Source: Planctomycetota bacterium
GTDB taxonomy: Bacteria; Planctomycetota; UBA8108; UBA1146
Length of the DNA stretch: 64,000 nt
Assembly (NCBI GenBank): GCA_018694835.1
Contig: JABHOG010000015.1
Span: 7,362-71,361 of the forward strand
Direction: 5' to 3'
Positions 45,920 through 55,625 of the stretch are shown in pieces. Below the pieces are notes generated by a model. The model did no database searches, had not been told where the DNA came from, and was given only the letters and a program-made list of their open reading frames with translations. Numbering within the stretch: position 1 is the first letter of the stretch; each line of letters begins with the position of its first letter. The position numbers and the translations under genes were made by a program.

Positions 45920-46734
45920 ACCAACCCCATCGAGTCGACCTTCATCTTCACACCCGCTGTAGCGATGGGGGACTGACCCCGGCCGAAGTAGTGGACAGAG
46001 CCGCCGGGATTCTCTCGTGCATCTCCATCTGCGATCACGACACCCTGTCCGCTTATCACCAGCTCGACGTTCCTCCATCGTTACGAATCCTACCGGGACT
46101 CGAGATGACTTGTCGTGTCGGTCCTCACGACTTGCACCTTCTGGCCTATTTCCCCGAGGGCTTGACCGCACCTCTCCTCGATTGGGTTCAGCAACTCGAA
46201 GATGATCGACGCCATCGGGTGATGGCTGGCGTGATGAAACTTCGCGACTCCGGCATTCCCTTGCGGATGGCGGACCTCGAGGAAGAGTTGCAAGGTGGTG
46301 TGCCATGTCGGTCTCACGTGGCGAGAGCTTTGGTGCGTGGGGGACTCGCAGCGACCACCAGACCACTCTACAAGCGTTGGCTCGGGGGAGATCGATTTGC
46401 CCGCCCTGCTCTGGCTGGATCCGATGCCATCGAGCAAGTTCATCAGTTCTCAGGACTGGTCTTTTGGGCTCATCCAGCCGCTGTTCATCTGAAACAGGTG
46501 GGCAGGTCGTTGGTCGAGGCAGGACTCGATGGCGTCGAGTGTCTTTCTCGAAACCTGGGGCCCAAAGATCGAGCCGCTGCACGCCTGTTCAAGGAGCAGC
46601 ATCAACTGGGAGCTTGTGGAGGTTCGGATCTTCACTTCGAGACGGTTCGCGCCCGTGTCGGGAGTTACGGAGTCGAAGAATCGTTGATCGATGATCGATT
46701 AATTCGTAGTTCTACCCGGTCAACTTCCCAGTGA
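45916..46734 (+). CDS. PHP-domain phosphoesterase (TrpH/YciV-like)
   Basis: DLHLHTRCSDG, ICDHDT, PGLE, HLLAY, AHP and GGSDLH motifs. Confidence 0.9.
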   Translation: MNQPHRVDLHLHTRCSDGGLTPAEVVDRAAGILSCISICDHDTLSAYHQLDVPPSLRILPGLEMTCRVGPHDLHLLAYFPEGLTAPLLDWVQQLEDDRRHRVMAGVMKLRDSGIPLRMADLEEELQGGVPCRSHVARALVRGGLAATTRPLYKRWLGGDRFARPALAGSDAIEQVHQFSGLVFWAHPAAVHLKQVGRSLVEAGLDGVECLSRNLGPKDRAAARLFKEQHQLGACGGSDLHFETVRARVGSYGVEESLIDDRLIRSSTRSTSQ

Positions 46735-48111
46735 GGTCAGGAACTCCGCGTTGTCACCGAAGGATCCGACTCTCTGACTGAGCAACTCCATTCCCTCGAT
46801 GGGATTGACGCTGGTCAGAACTCTTCTCAACTTCCAGATCTGTTCAATCTCTTCGGTGCTGTAGAGTTTCTCTTCCTTACGAGTCCCAGAAAGTGTGACA
46901 TCGATGGCTGGGAATACCCGTTGGTCGGCCAGTTTTCGAGAAAGAACCAATTCCATGTTTCCGGTTCCCTTGAACTCCTCGAAGATCACCTCGTCCATGC
47001 GACTGCCCGTCTCGATCAATGCGGTAGCGATGATCGTCAAGCTTCCGCCCTCCTCGACATTGCGAGCGGCACCGAAGATGGCCTTGGGCTTCTCCAGCGT
47101 CTTCGCATCGACTCCTCCAGAGAGAGTACGACCGCTGTGAGCGGTCTCCAGGTTATAAGCCCGTCCCAGGCGAGTCAGAGAGTCGAGCAGCAGGACCACG
47201 TCGCATTTCGCCTCCAGCAACCGATGGCAACGTTGCAATGCCATCTCCGAGACGCGTACATGGGTCTTGGATGATTCATCACTGGAAGAGGCGTAGACCT
47301 CTGCCTTGACCGTTCGCTTCCAGTCGGTGACCTCTTCCGGTCGTTCATCGACCAGTAGGGCGAGCACCATCGAATCGGGGTGAATTTCAGTGATCGACTT
47401 GGCCATCTGTTGCAACAGTACCGTTTTCCCGGTTCGTGGAGGAGCCACGATCAGGGCTCTCTGTCCCTTTCCGATCGGTGCGATCAGGTCGACCAGGCGC
47501 ATCGAGATGTTGCCGTTATTCCCGAGCAAGAATCGATCGGTCGGATCGATGCTGGTCATCTCCTTGAAGAAAGTTCGATTCTTGACTTCTTCGGGTTCAT
47601 CTCCGTCGACCGATTCGATGCGCGCAAGGCTGGGGCCGCGACCTCGGGGTGAGCGGCCGCCGACAGTCCCGACGATGTAGTGACCGGTATGGAGACTGTA
47701 CTTCTGTACCAAATTGTTTCCGACATGGATGTCGTCTTGCTGGATCCGGAACGACTTTTCGGCCGATCGCAAGAAACCGAATCCCTGGTTTCCGACCTCC
47801 AGGATGCCTCGCACCGCGGTTCCCTCCGCCAGTGGGGGAGAATCGCTAACTGGTCCACTTCTGCGTGAGTTCGGATCCTGACTTCGCGAGTCCTGGCGAC
47901 GATCCCGTTGCTGGCCGCCAGAACGGCGACCGCCTCCGCGTCCGGAGCCCCCGCCGGAATTACCCTGGCTTGACCCTGTACGAGTACGACCGCCGCGACT
48001 ACTCCTGCGACGGCGACTGGTTCCATCCGAATTCGAGGACGAATTGCCCTGGTTCACTGCTTCTCCTTGAGGTGAAACTGTTGGGTCGATCCCGCTGTGG
48101 GACTCCTCCAA
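46720..48111 (-). CDS. rho: Transcription termination factor Rho, with R/G/S-rich N-terminal extension
   Basis: [52 protein letters not shown]. Confidence 0.97.
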   Translation of the reverse strand: MEESHSGIDPTVSPQGEAVNQGNSSSNSDGTSRRRRSSRGGRTRTGSSQGNSGGGSGRGGGRRSGGQQRDRRQDSRSQDPNSRRSGPVSDSPPLAEGTAVRGILEVGNQGFGFLRSAEKSFRIQQDDIHVGNNLVQKYSLHTGHYIVGTVGGRSPRGRGPSLARIESVDGDEPEEVKNRTFFKEMTSIDPTDRFLLGNNGNISMRLVDLIAPIGKGQRALIVAPPRTGKTVLLQQMAKSITEIHPDSMVLALLVDERPEEVTDWKRTVKAEVYASSSDESSKTHVRVSEMALQRCHRLLEAKCDVVLLLDSLTRLGRAYNLETAHSGRTLSGGVDAKTLEKPKAIFGAARNVEEGGSLTIIATALIETGSRMDEVIFEEFKGTGNMELVLSRKLADQRVFPAIDVTLSGTRKEEKLYSTEEIEQIWKLRRVLTSVNPIEGMELLSQRVGSFGDNAEFLTSLGS

Positions 48112-48557
48112 CTTGGTGTCGATTGAGATGCTGATCTTCAGCAGTTACTCATGGGTTGAAAATGTAATGGATCGTAACTTACGTGTGAGCGGCCCTCAGG
48201 GCCTCATGTCGACCGATCCAATACCTGGTGCTCTGGAGTCCATCAGTTCAATACTTCTTCAGTGGGATGGTAGTAAAAAGATCCCAATTGAACAGAGAGA
48301 ATGAGTTCGAAAAACCGAGCGCTCGATCCAAAGATGTCAGATCCAACAATCGAAAACAGCAGGTCAACATGGTGCGGAAATCCCTGAGGTCCTGAATGCA
48401 GATCCGGAAAAGGAATCCCGAGACTGCGCATGATCCTGAGAAGAAGGGAATGACTTTGCCACGAAGAGGCCTTCTGCCCTCCGAACGATTTCGATGATAC
48501 CCTCCCTGTTCATCGGTTCCAGTGCTTGTCTCACAGCTTTTAAGTTTAAGGAGTTCG

Positions 48558-50003
48558 ATGTCGATCGCTCGTGGATGGTACATCGTGATCCATGACGGCA
48601 AGACGTTGGAGGCCGCTCAGGCATGGTTCACAGCCCATCCCGGTATGATCGCCGGGATCGAATTGAGGCTCGATCTGGCCGGCGAGGAATCTCCACTTCC
48701 TGATCCTCCTGCCAATTTATCGGTCATCGTGACCGATCGTGGGGGACGAACGAATCACGCCAGAACCACTCGCAGGGACCAGATCTGTCGTGAGTGGCGC
48801 GGTACCCTCGATGTCGATCCACAAACGGATGCGGCAGCGCCGACCGATCTTCCGTGGATCTATAGCTGTCATCGAACCCCGGACACCCCGGTCTCCGTCC
48901 AGTTCCAAATCGAGGAGGCGCAACGATCGGGAGCGGTGGCAGCCAAGATCGTCATGCCGGAGGGGGACCTGGCGGCTCGTCGCCTGGCTCTCGCTCAAGT
49001 GGCAGCTGATGGATCCTACCCGGTGGTCTGTTTCAATGCTGGAGATCAATCGCCGATCGATCGCCTGGTAGCGCTGGACTGTCAGCAACCGTGGGGATAC
49101 GCGCGGGTTCCAGCGGACGATCCGGGGATTCCTGGGCTGCCATCGATCGGCGCCATCGTCGATCGTTATCGATTCCGCAGATGTGAGTCGCAGCGACCAC
49201 TACAGGCGGTCATCGGAGCCGAGGTTCAGAACCATCTGGCTCCCGGATGGCATAATCGTTGGCTGGAAGAAAACGGTTCACCGGCCCGGATGATCCAGTT
49301 CTCCACCGATCAGCCAGACCCCTTCCTCGACGAGTCCGATAATCTTCAACTGGATGCTCTTTCGGTATCCGATCCCTACCAGGCGTGGGCACGTCGGGTC
49401 GCCCGACCGCTCGACGAAGATGCCTCCCGTTGGAATCGCTGGGACACCTTGATTCGCCAACCAGATCGGTCATGGGTCGGTACCAGTTGCGAAACCATTG
49501 CAGTGCGACGGCTGCTGCAGCAACACTTCTCAGGGCACGTGACGGTGGTGGTCGTCGGACTGGAAGAGGATTCCCAGATGCTGGCTCTGGAACTGACCCG
49601 GCTCGGTTATCAGGTCAGTCGAATCTGTACCCGTCGCGGACATGGGCCTGGAAACAGCGACTCTCGACAAGATACCGAGGCGGTCGAACAGGCTGCGGCA
49701 CTGATTCACTGCGATCGCTCCTACAGGACAGGTTCGAGAGGAACAAAGCAGCCCGATTCTTCGTGGGACCTGACTCGATTTCACGGTGAGTTGGCGATCG
49801 ATATGAGCCATCCGCTCCAGAGTCACCAGCAGTGGAAGACTCTGGAGAGCACCGCAGTGACCGTCGTCGATTCGTTGCACTTCTTCAGCGAACAGATGCG
49901 CCTGCAGTGTCGGTGGTTTCATCCAGGTGTAGTCACTGCTGGAGAAGTCACTCCGGTGGAAGCGCTCCGGATCGCTCGAGAGGCATTTGAAGAACTGCAG
50001 TGA
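48558..50003 (+). CDS. Type I 3-dehydroquinate dehydratase / shikimate dehydrogenase-like fusion, with degenerate SDH half
   Basis: IELRLD, IVTDR, SCH and AKIVMP (AroD-like), followed by AroE-shaped segments with altered motifs; AAGGAG RBS. Confidence 0.7.
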   Translation: MSIARGWYIVIHDGKTLEAAQAWFTAHPGMIAGIELRLDLAGEESPLPDPPANLSVIVTDRGGRTNHARTTRRDQICREWRGTLDVDPQTDAAAPTDLPWIYSCHRTPDTPVSVQFQIEEAQRSGAVAAKIVMPEGDLAARRLALAQVAADGSYPVVCFNAGDQSPIDRLVALDCQQPWGYARVPADDPGIPGLPSIGAIVDRYRFRRCESQRPLQAVIGAEVQNHLAPGWHNRWLEENGSPARMIQFSTDQPDPFLDESDNLQLDALSVSDPYQAWARRVARPLDEDASRWNRWDTLIRQPDRSWVGTSCETIAVRRLLQQHFSGHVTVVVVGLEEDSQMLALELTRLGYQVSRICTRRGHGPGNSDSRQDTEAVEQAAALIHCDRSYRTGSRGTKQPDSSWDLTRFHGELAIDMSHPLQSHQQWKTLESTAVTVVDSLHFFSEQMRLQCRWFHPGVVTAGEVTPVEALRIAREAFEELQ

Positions 50004-50092
50004 ACTGGTCCCGACAAACGTCTGCCCGCAGACCAGACCTGCGGCGAAGCGGCGGTGAAAGGAGAAGGGGCAGACAGTCCCGAGTCTTACAT

Positions 50093-50120
50093 GGGTCCGA
50101 TAAGGTACATTATGGGATGT
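50093..50120. other. dif-like (Xer) 11-6-11 site within a longer inverted repeat
   Basis: GGGTCCGATAA-GGTACA-TTATGGGATGT, with the ATAA-N6-TTATG core of E. coli dif. Confidence 0.45.
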
Positions 50121-50642
50121 AGGGGGACTCGGCACCATCTGGCCTGAGACAGCCTGGACGCCAAGAGAAGCGTGATTGGCATTCCTCGCTACATGTCAGA
50201 TTCAGCATTGAACTGAAGCCGTTCGACCGGGATCGCTCTACGGTCGGATCGATGACGTCGGGAAAGATCGCTGTGATTCGGCATGGATTCGAAAACATGG
50301 ATCTCAGAACAGCACATCCAGAATAACGAATCCCGAGGCAGCCAATCTCGGATCGGGGTTGGCCTGCACCTGAGGCGTGATCCCCGCCAAAGTTGATCGC
50401 CTGCTAGATCACTCGAGGAAAGAGACCCGTTCATCTGTTCCAGGAGAAGACTGATCCGGGCAATGGTATCCAGGAGGACGATGGATGAACCGCACATCGG
50501 ACAACGCCAAAGACCTCTTCTTCGGTGGAGGGATCACCATAAACAATCTGAGTTTCTATCCGACGGATTACGATATTCGGGGTTCCATAAGGAGCCGATA
50601 ATAACTCCTTACGTCCAAAGTGACTGGATCGAAGACCTTTCA

Positions 50643-52142
50643 ATGAAACGTAAAATAATCTCTCCGCTGACGGTCTCTGGTGTCCTCGCCATCGTCATCC
50701 TGGGTGCATCTGTCTTTCAATCGATCGAAAAGTTGTCCGCTCAGGATCTGGCTTCCACTTCCCTGGACAAAGCTGCTTCCCTTCCAAACATCATCCTGCT
50801 GCTCTCGGATGACCAGGGCTGGAATGGTCTATCGGTGTCGATGCACCCCACCGCTTTCGGAGCCCGCAGCAGTATCATCGAAACACCTCAGCTGGAGAAA
50901 ATGGCCGGGCGTGGCCTCCGGTTTTCTGCGGCATACTCTCCCGCGTCCGTCTGCTCTCCCACTCGAATCAGTCTCCAAACCGGTCGCAGTCCTGCCGCTC
51001 TCGGTTGGACCAAAGCAGGTCCCGGGGTTCGATCCGCTCAAAACTATCCAATGGTCGGAGCCGTATCCCGGCGCACCATCCACAGTGAAGAGATCACCAT
51101 CGCGGAGGTGTTGAAGAAGGCGGGCTACGCCACTGCGCACTGGGGAAAGTGGCACCTCGAGGGCGGTGGCCCTGGAAATCATGGCTATGACGTCAGTGAT
51201 GGAAACCTGGGCAATGAGGCCGCGGCAAAGTTCAAGGATCCCAACCCTGTCGACATTTTCGGTATGGCTGAACGCGGCATCCACTTCATGAAGGAACAGA
51301 AAGAGGCCGAGAAACCTTTCTTCATGCAATTCTCTTTTCATGCCCTTCACTCTCCAGGGAATGCTCTGGAAGCCACGGTCGAAAAATACAAAAAGAAGTT
51401 TCGGGGAAGACGGGAACGACAGGCACATCGTTGCGCCATCGCCGAAGACCTCGATACCGGTGTCGGCCGTATCCTTGCGGCCATCGAGGAACTCGAACTG
51501 ACCGACAACACCTATGTCATCTACATGTCTGATAATGGTTCAGGTGGCGGGGGCCGCAACAGTCTTCTCGGCGGCGGTAAAGGTAGCCTACGTGAAGGCG
51601 GGATACGGGTGCCTTTGATCATCCAGGGGCCCGGCATCACCGCCAACAGTTGGTGTGACACACGAGTGGTCGGATTCGATCTCTTCCCCACCTTCTGTGA
51701 ATGGGCCGGAGTGCCGAAAGAGAAGTGGCCCGCAGAACTGGAAGGCGGCAGTCTGGTGCCACTGCTGAAACCCAAAAGCAAAGGAACGACCACAACACAC
51801 TCCTGCGTCTCACGCCCCAGAGAAGAACTGGTCTTCCACTTCCCCCACTACCAATCAGGCGATCCGCCCCATTCGGTGATCTATCTCGATGGCTACAAAA
51901 TGTTCCGCTTCCACGACAGTGGGAAGACGGAGGTGTATGCCATCGACCAGGACATGGCAGAGACGAACGATCTCGCTCCACAGATGAAGGATAGGGTCGA
52001 AGCCCTCAGCCTCAAACTGGCCACCTACCTCGAAAGGGTCGGTGCAAAGATGCCGACGAAGAACCACCAGTACGATCCGAGAAAAACGAGTAGCGATCGT
52101 ACAAAGCGGGGCAGTTCACAGAAGAAACGGGAGCGATTCTGA
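50643..52142 (+). CDS. Exported Cys-type (formylglycine) sulfatase
   Basis: PNIILLLSDDQG, CSPTR.SLQTG, GKWHL, SDNG, LREGGIRVP; signal peptide. Confidence 0.95.
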   Translation: MKRKIISPLTVSGVLAIVILGASVFQSIEKLSAQDLASTSLDKAASLPNIILLLSDDQGWNGLSVSMHPTAFGARSSIIETPQLEKMAGRGLRFSAAYSPASVCSPTRISLQTGRSPAALGWTKAGPGVRSAQNYPMVGAVSRRTIHSEEITIAEVLKKAGYATAHWGKWHLEGGGPGNHGYDVSDGNLGNEAAAKFKDPNPVDIFGMAERGIHFMKEQKEAEKPFFMQFSFHALHSPGNALEATVEKYKKKFRGRRERQAHRCAIAEDLDTGVGRILAAIEELELTDNTYVIYMSDNGSGGGGRNSLLGGGKGSLREGGIRVPLIIQGPGITANSWCDTRVVGFDLFPTFCEWAGVPKEKWPAELEGGSLVPLLKPKSKGTTTTHSCVSRPREELVFHFPHYQSGDPPHSVIYLDGYKMFRFHDSGKTEVYAIDQDMAETNDLAPQMKDRVEALSLKLATYLERVGAKMPTKNHQYDPRKTSSDRTKRGSSQKKRERF

Positions 52143-52162
52143 GGAGCAAAACCCTGGGCGTT

Positions 52163-52333
52163 GTAAGGCTTGCGTAGTTTTGCTTGGGGAATGCCAGCAC
52201 ATTCTGGATATTGGCTGACGGTGCGACGTGCGATCGATAGGCCCTGAGCGACGATCATCTTCGGGAGTTGGGTATCACTCCACAGGTTCGCATCATCTTC
52301 CTCATCGATGAGGATACGAATGGCCTGGTAGAT
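52163..52333 (-). pseudogene. rpoN: Decayed C-terminal fragment of RNA polymerase sigma54 (RpoN)
   Basis: IRILIDEEDDANLWSDTQL...GLSIARRTVSQYPE..GIP...LRK matches the RpoN box region (ARRTVAKYRE); no start codon or upstream domains. Confidence 0.75.
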
Positions 52334-52367
52334 CGTCCAAAACCGCTCAGTCAGATGCGCACGGCTA

Positions 52368-54146
52368 CTAGCCTCGGCTACCAGCGCCTGCCGCTGCTGC
52401 ACGTCCCCCGTAGGAATCGTGACGTTTGCCCCGATGCGGTTTTGGCCGTCTCGCATAATCGGGCTTTGAATTGCCCTGACTGCGTCGAATATTGAGATTC
52501 GGGTCGCGTCCATCGGGACGACTTGCGGCCTTCTCGAAACCATCCGAGGAGTCTTTTGAAATCTCGAAGGTACTGAAAGCTGGCCCGAGGCGAATCGCAC
52601 CGACCACAGAACTGCTGACATTTCCTCTGCGGCATAGATGCGACAAGATGCGACTCGCGGTCGCTCCCTTGGCTGTTCCCCAGTTGATTTCAAAACTCTG
52701 GACGGCACCAAAAGAACCCTTTTTTCGTGGCCCCGAATTTCGTGGATTCCGCGATCCTCGGGAATCCCTTGAATGACCTGATCCCTCGGAGACTTCCGCG
52801 ATGGAATAACCCTGGAGTGCCGGTTTGGGCTCGGCCATCTGCAAGAGAGCGGCAAGGATTTCCAGCGGATCTCGTTGCTCGGGTTGTTCCAAAAGGAACT
52901 TTGCGTACGAGGTTTGTTTTTTCGAAACCAAAGAGGAGTCCGCAAGGATGGCATGCAGATCACGACGGAATGTCTTGGTATAACGTTTTTCGATCTGGGC
53001 AGGGCTCGGAACCGGCTGCCACTGCGCCTCGACACCTGCCGATGAGAAGATGCGCCTTACGCGGCCCTGGGAATGCGCCGGCACCATCAGAACACTTCGC
53101 CCCTTGCGACCCGCTCGTCCGGTACGACCACTCCGGTGAGTGTAATTTTCGACATCCGCCGGTACGTCTGCGTGAATCACCGTGTCGATTTCAGGGACGT
53201 CGATCCCGCGAGCGGCGACATCGGTGGCGATCAGGATATCCTGTTCACCATTTTTGAAGGCATTCAGGGTGCGTGTACGCTGAGTCTGATTGAGTTCGCC
53301 ACTGAACGGTGCGGCGGAAAGTCCATTTGCGGACAGTCTTTCGGCGAGTTCCGTGGCATCCACCCGACGGCGGACGAAAACCAGCACACGCTCGCCGCGA
53401 GCATGCAGTAGGACATTGATGATCGCTGCATTCAATTCACGGGGACGAATGCGGTGGGCAACATGCTGAATATCAGCATTGGCTACGCCGAGGCGCGTAC
53501 CTTCGACATGAAGGGGATTTTCCTGAAAACGATCGGCCAACCGTTTGACGGCCGCCGGAAAGGTCGCAGAAACAAGATGGCTGCAACGATCCTTGGGCAA
53601 AAAATCGAGGATCGCTTCCAGTTCATCACGGAAGCCCATGTCGAGCATTTGATCTGCTTCGTCCAATACGACCTGACGAAAAGAGGAACAGTTGAGCCTG
53701 CGCGATTTCATGTGATCGAGCAATCGGCCAGGTGTTCCCACCAAGACCGCTGGTGACTTGTTGAGCGCACGGCGCTCACGGCTGATATCCGATCCGCCTG
53801 TGACCACTTCAACAGCGACGCCTTTGATCTTGGCAAAGAGCCAGCGCAACTCATCCGCAACCTGCACAGCCAGTTCACGAGTCGGCGTGATCAATAGAAC
53901 GCGAGGCCCTTCGGCTCCACGGGCGACCGTCGAGGCATCGTCAGTTGAGATCAGATCATTGGCCAGGCGAATACCGAGGGCCAGGGTTTTACCGGATCCG
54001 GTCTGTGAGGAGATACGGAGGTTGCGTCCGGTCCCCTCGGAGGAAAGAACCGCCTCCTGTACCGAAGTTAGCTTTTCGAAACCACGTGCAACGATGGCCT
54101 CACGAAGCGGAGCCGGTACACCGGCGAATGTGTTAGTCGTTTCCAT
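52368..54146 (-). CDS. DEAD-box RNA helicase with DbpA-type C-terminal RNA-binding domain
   Basis: QTGSGKT, PTRELA, GTPGR, LDEAD, SAT, ARGID, HRSGRTGRAG. Confidence 0.95.
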   Translation of the reverse strand: METTNTFAGVPAPLREAIVARGFEKLTSVQEAVLSSEGTGRNLRISSQTGSGKTLALGIRLANDLISTDDASTVARGAEGPRVLLITPTRELAVQVADELRWLFAKIKGVAVEVVTGGSDISRERRALNKSPAVLVGTPGRLLDHMKSRRLNCSSFRQVVLDEADQMLDMGFRDELEAILDFLPKDRCSHLVSATFPAAVKRLADRFQENPLHVEGTRLGVANADIQHVAHRIRPRELNAAIINVLLHARGERVLVFVRRRVDATELAERLSANGLSAAPFSGELNQTQRTRTLNAFKNGEQDILIATDVAARGIDVPEIDTVIHADVPADVENYTHRSGRTGRAGRKGRSVLMVPAHSQGRVRRIFSSAGVEAQWQPVPSPAQIEKRYTKTFRRDLHAILADSSLVSKKQTSYAKFLLEQPEQRDPLEILAALLQMAEPKPALQGYSIAEVSEGSGHSRDSRGSRNPRNSGPRKKGSFGAVQSFEINWGTAKGATASRILSHLCRRGNVSSSVVGAIRLGPAFSTFEISKDSSDGFEKAASRPDGRDPNLNIRRSQGNSKPDYARRPKPHRGKRHDSYGGRAAAAGAGSRG

Positions 54147-54587
54147 TTTCGTCTCTCAATAATCCGGGGACTGGTTTGTATTGCCACCGAACTCTATGTG
54201 AGCGACGAGGCATGCTGAGGGCCGATGTCGACGCTCAGTCTCAGTAATCTTAGTAGACTGTAGCCTTTTCGAACCGATTTGTCCCAATTGATGAGAAAAA
54301 GGCCGAAATTCGGCCCCCTCAATTGCTCTCGTAGGCCTGCCGGAATCTGGCCCGAAACGCGTATAATGAAGATAATAGCGTCGACCGCGAGGATGTCGTG
54401 ACCCCGCCTCAATTCCCTGTTCCTGAGGTACCCGGTGCCATAACCGGCGTCTGTGAGGTGAACGTGCCCACCAGTCTGCTCCCTCTGCGCCATTCCCCGG
54501 TTGCGGAAGTGTTGGCCAGGACGACTGCCAGGTCAGCAGCGCAGCCTGTCCCTAGGTTGCCGAGATCAGTTCAGGTTTCTGTGGGTT

Positions 54588-55625
54588 CTAGCCGAGCAGT
54601 TCATCGAATTGCTCGACATGAGGACAGGCCGCTCGTTGCCGTTTTCCGACCTGGATCATCGGCGGGATTTGCTCTGCGCAACTCTCCTGAGCGATCGGGC
54701 AACGCGTGCGAAATCCACAGCCGGAAGGCTTCGCCATCGGCGAGGGTACATCGCCACGCAGTACCAGACGGTCTTCTCTTCGACGGTCAGGGTCTGGCCG
54801 GGGTACGGCACTGAGAAGGGCGCGAGTGTAGGGATGTTTGGGTTGGCGGAAGATCTCCTGCGTTTGACCCAACTCGACCAGATTGCCCAGGTACATCACG
54901 GCGACTCGATCAGAAACATGTTCAACCACCGAGATATCATGGGCGATGAAGATCACAGTCAGTCCCAGTTCTCGTTGTAACTCTCTCATCAGATTGATCA
55001 CCTGAGCCTGGATCGAAACATCGAGAGCACTGACCGGCTCGTCAGCGATGATGACTCGAGGTCGAGTGGCCAGTGCGCGGGCGATTCCGATTCGTTGTCG
55101 TTGCCCCCCGGAAAACTCGTGCGGGTATCGCTCCGCCTGTTCCTTGCGCAGACCGACCCGTTCCAGCATCTCCTCGACGGCGATGCGACGCTCCTCACGA
55201 GACATCTTAGGATGATGAACCCGAAGCGGCTCATCGACAATTTCCTCGACGGAAAGACGCGAATTGAGTGAGGAATAGGGATCCTGATAGACCATCTGAA
55301 TCTCGCTGCGAAAGGGCCGATATTCCTTGCGGGTGAGTCGAGTCAGGTCGACCGTCCGCCCATCATGGGAGTGGAAATGGACGTTTCCCGATGTGACGGG
55401 CACCAGTCCCATCACCGCCTTCCCCAGAGTGCTCTTGCCGCAGCCCGATTCGCCGACCACGCCGAGGGTTTCGCCCTCGATCACCTTCAATGAGATGCCA
55501 TCGACCGCTTTGACATCCGCAATATGTCTCGAGAAGACACCTCCATGGACCGGGAACCAGACCTTCAGGTCTTCCAGTTCAAGGATCGGTTGTGAAGGCT
55601 CCGCGGAACGCTGGACTTCGGTCAT
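54588..55625 (-). CDS. Oligopeptide ABC transporter ATP-binding protein (OppF-like)
   Basis: [38 protein letters not shown]; ATGA overlap with the upstream ATPase. Confidence 0.93.
   Translation of the reverse strand: MTEVQRSAEPSQPILELEDLKVWFPVHGGVFSRHIADVKAVDGISLKVIEGETLGVVGESGCGKSTLGKAVMGLVPVTSGNVHFHSHDGRTVDLTRLTRKEYRPFRSEIQMVYQDPYSSLNSRLSVEEIVDEPLRVHHPKMSREERRIAVEEMLERVGLRKEQAERYPHEFSGGQRQRIGIARALATRPRVIIADEPVSALDVSIQAQVINLMRELQRELGLTVIFIAHDISVVEHVSDRVAVMYLGNLVELGQTQEIFRQPKHPYTRALLSAVPRPDPDRRREDRLVLRGDVPSPMAKPSGCGFRTRCPIAQESCAEQIPPMIQVGKRQRAACPHVEQFDELLG

Noticed and set aside
48445-48461. TGGCAAA-GTCA-TTCC as a sigma54 promoter for rho
   Set aside because: Lacks the conserved GC at -12
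50140-50640. Short ORFs between the dif-like site and the sulfatase
   Set aside because: No recognisable family, RBS or consistent frame; may be decayed DNA but cannot be supported
52025-53035. 336-aa minus-strand ORF as a real gene
   Set aside because: Mostly an alternative frame of the DEAD-box helicase; only the RpoN-like tail is meaningful
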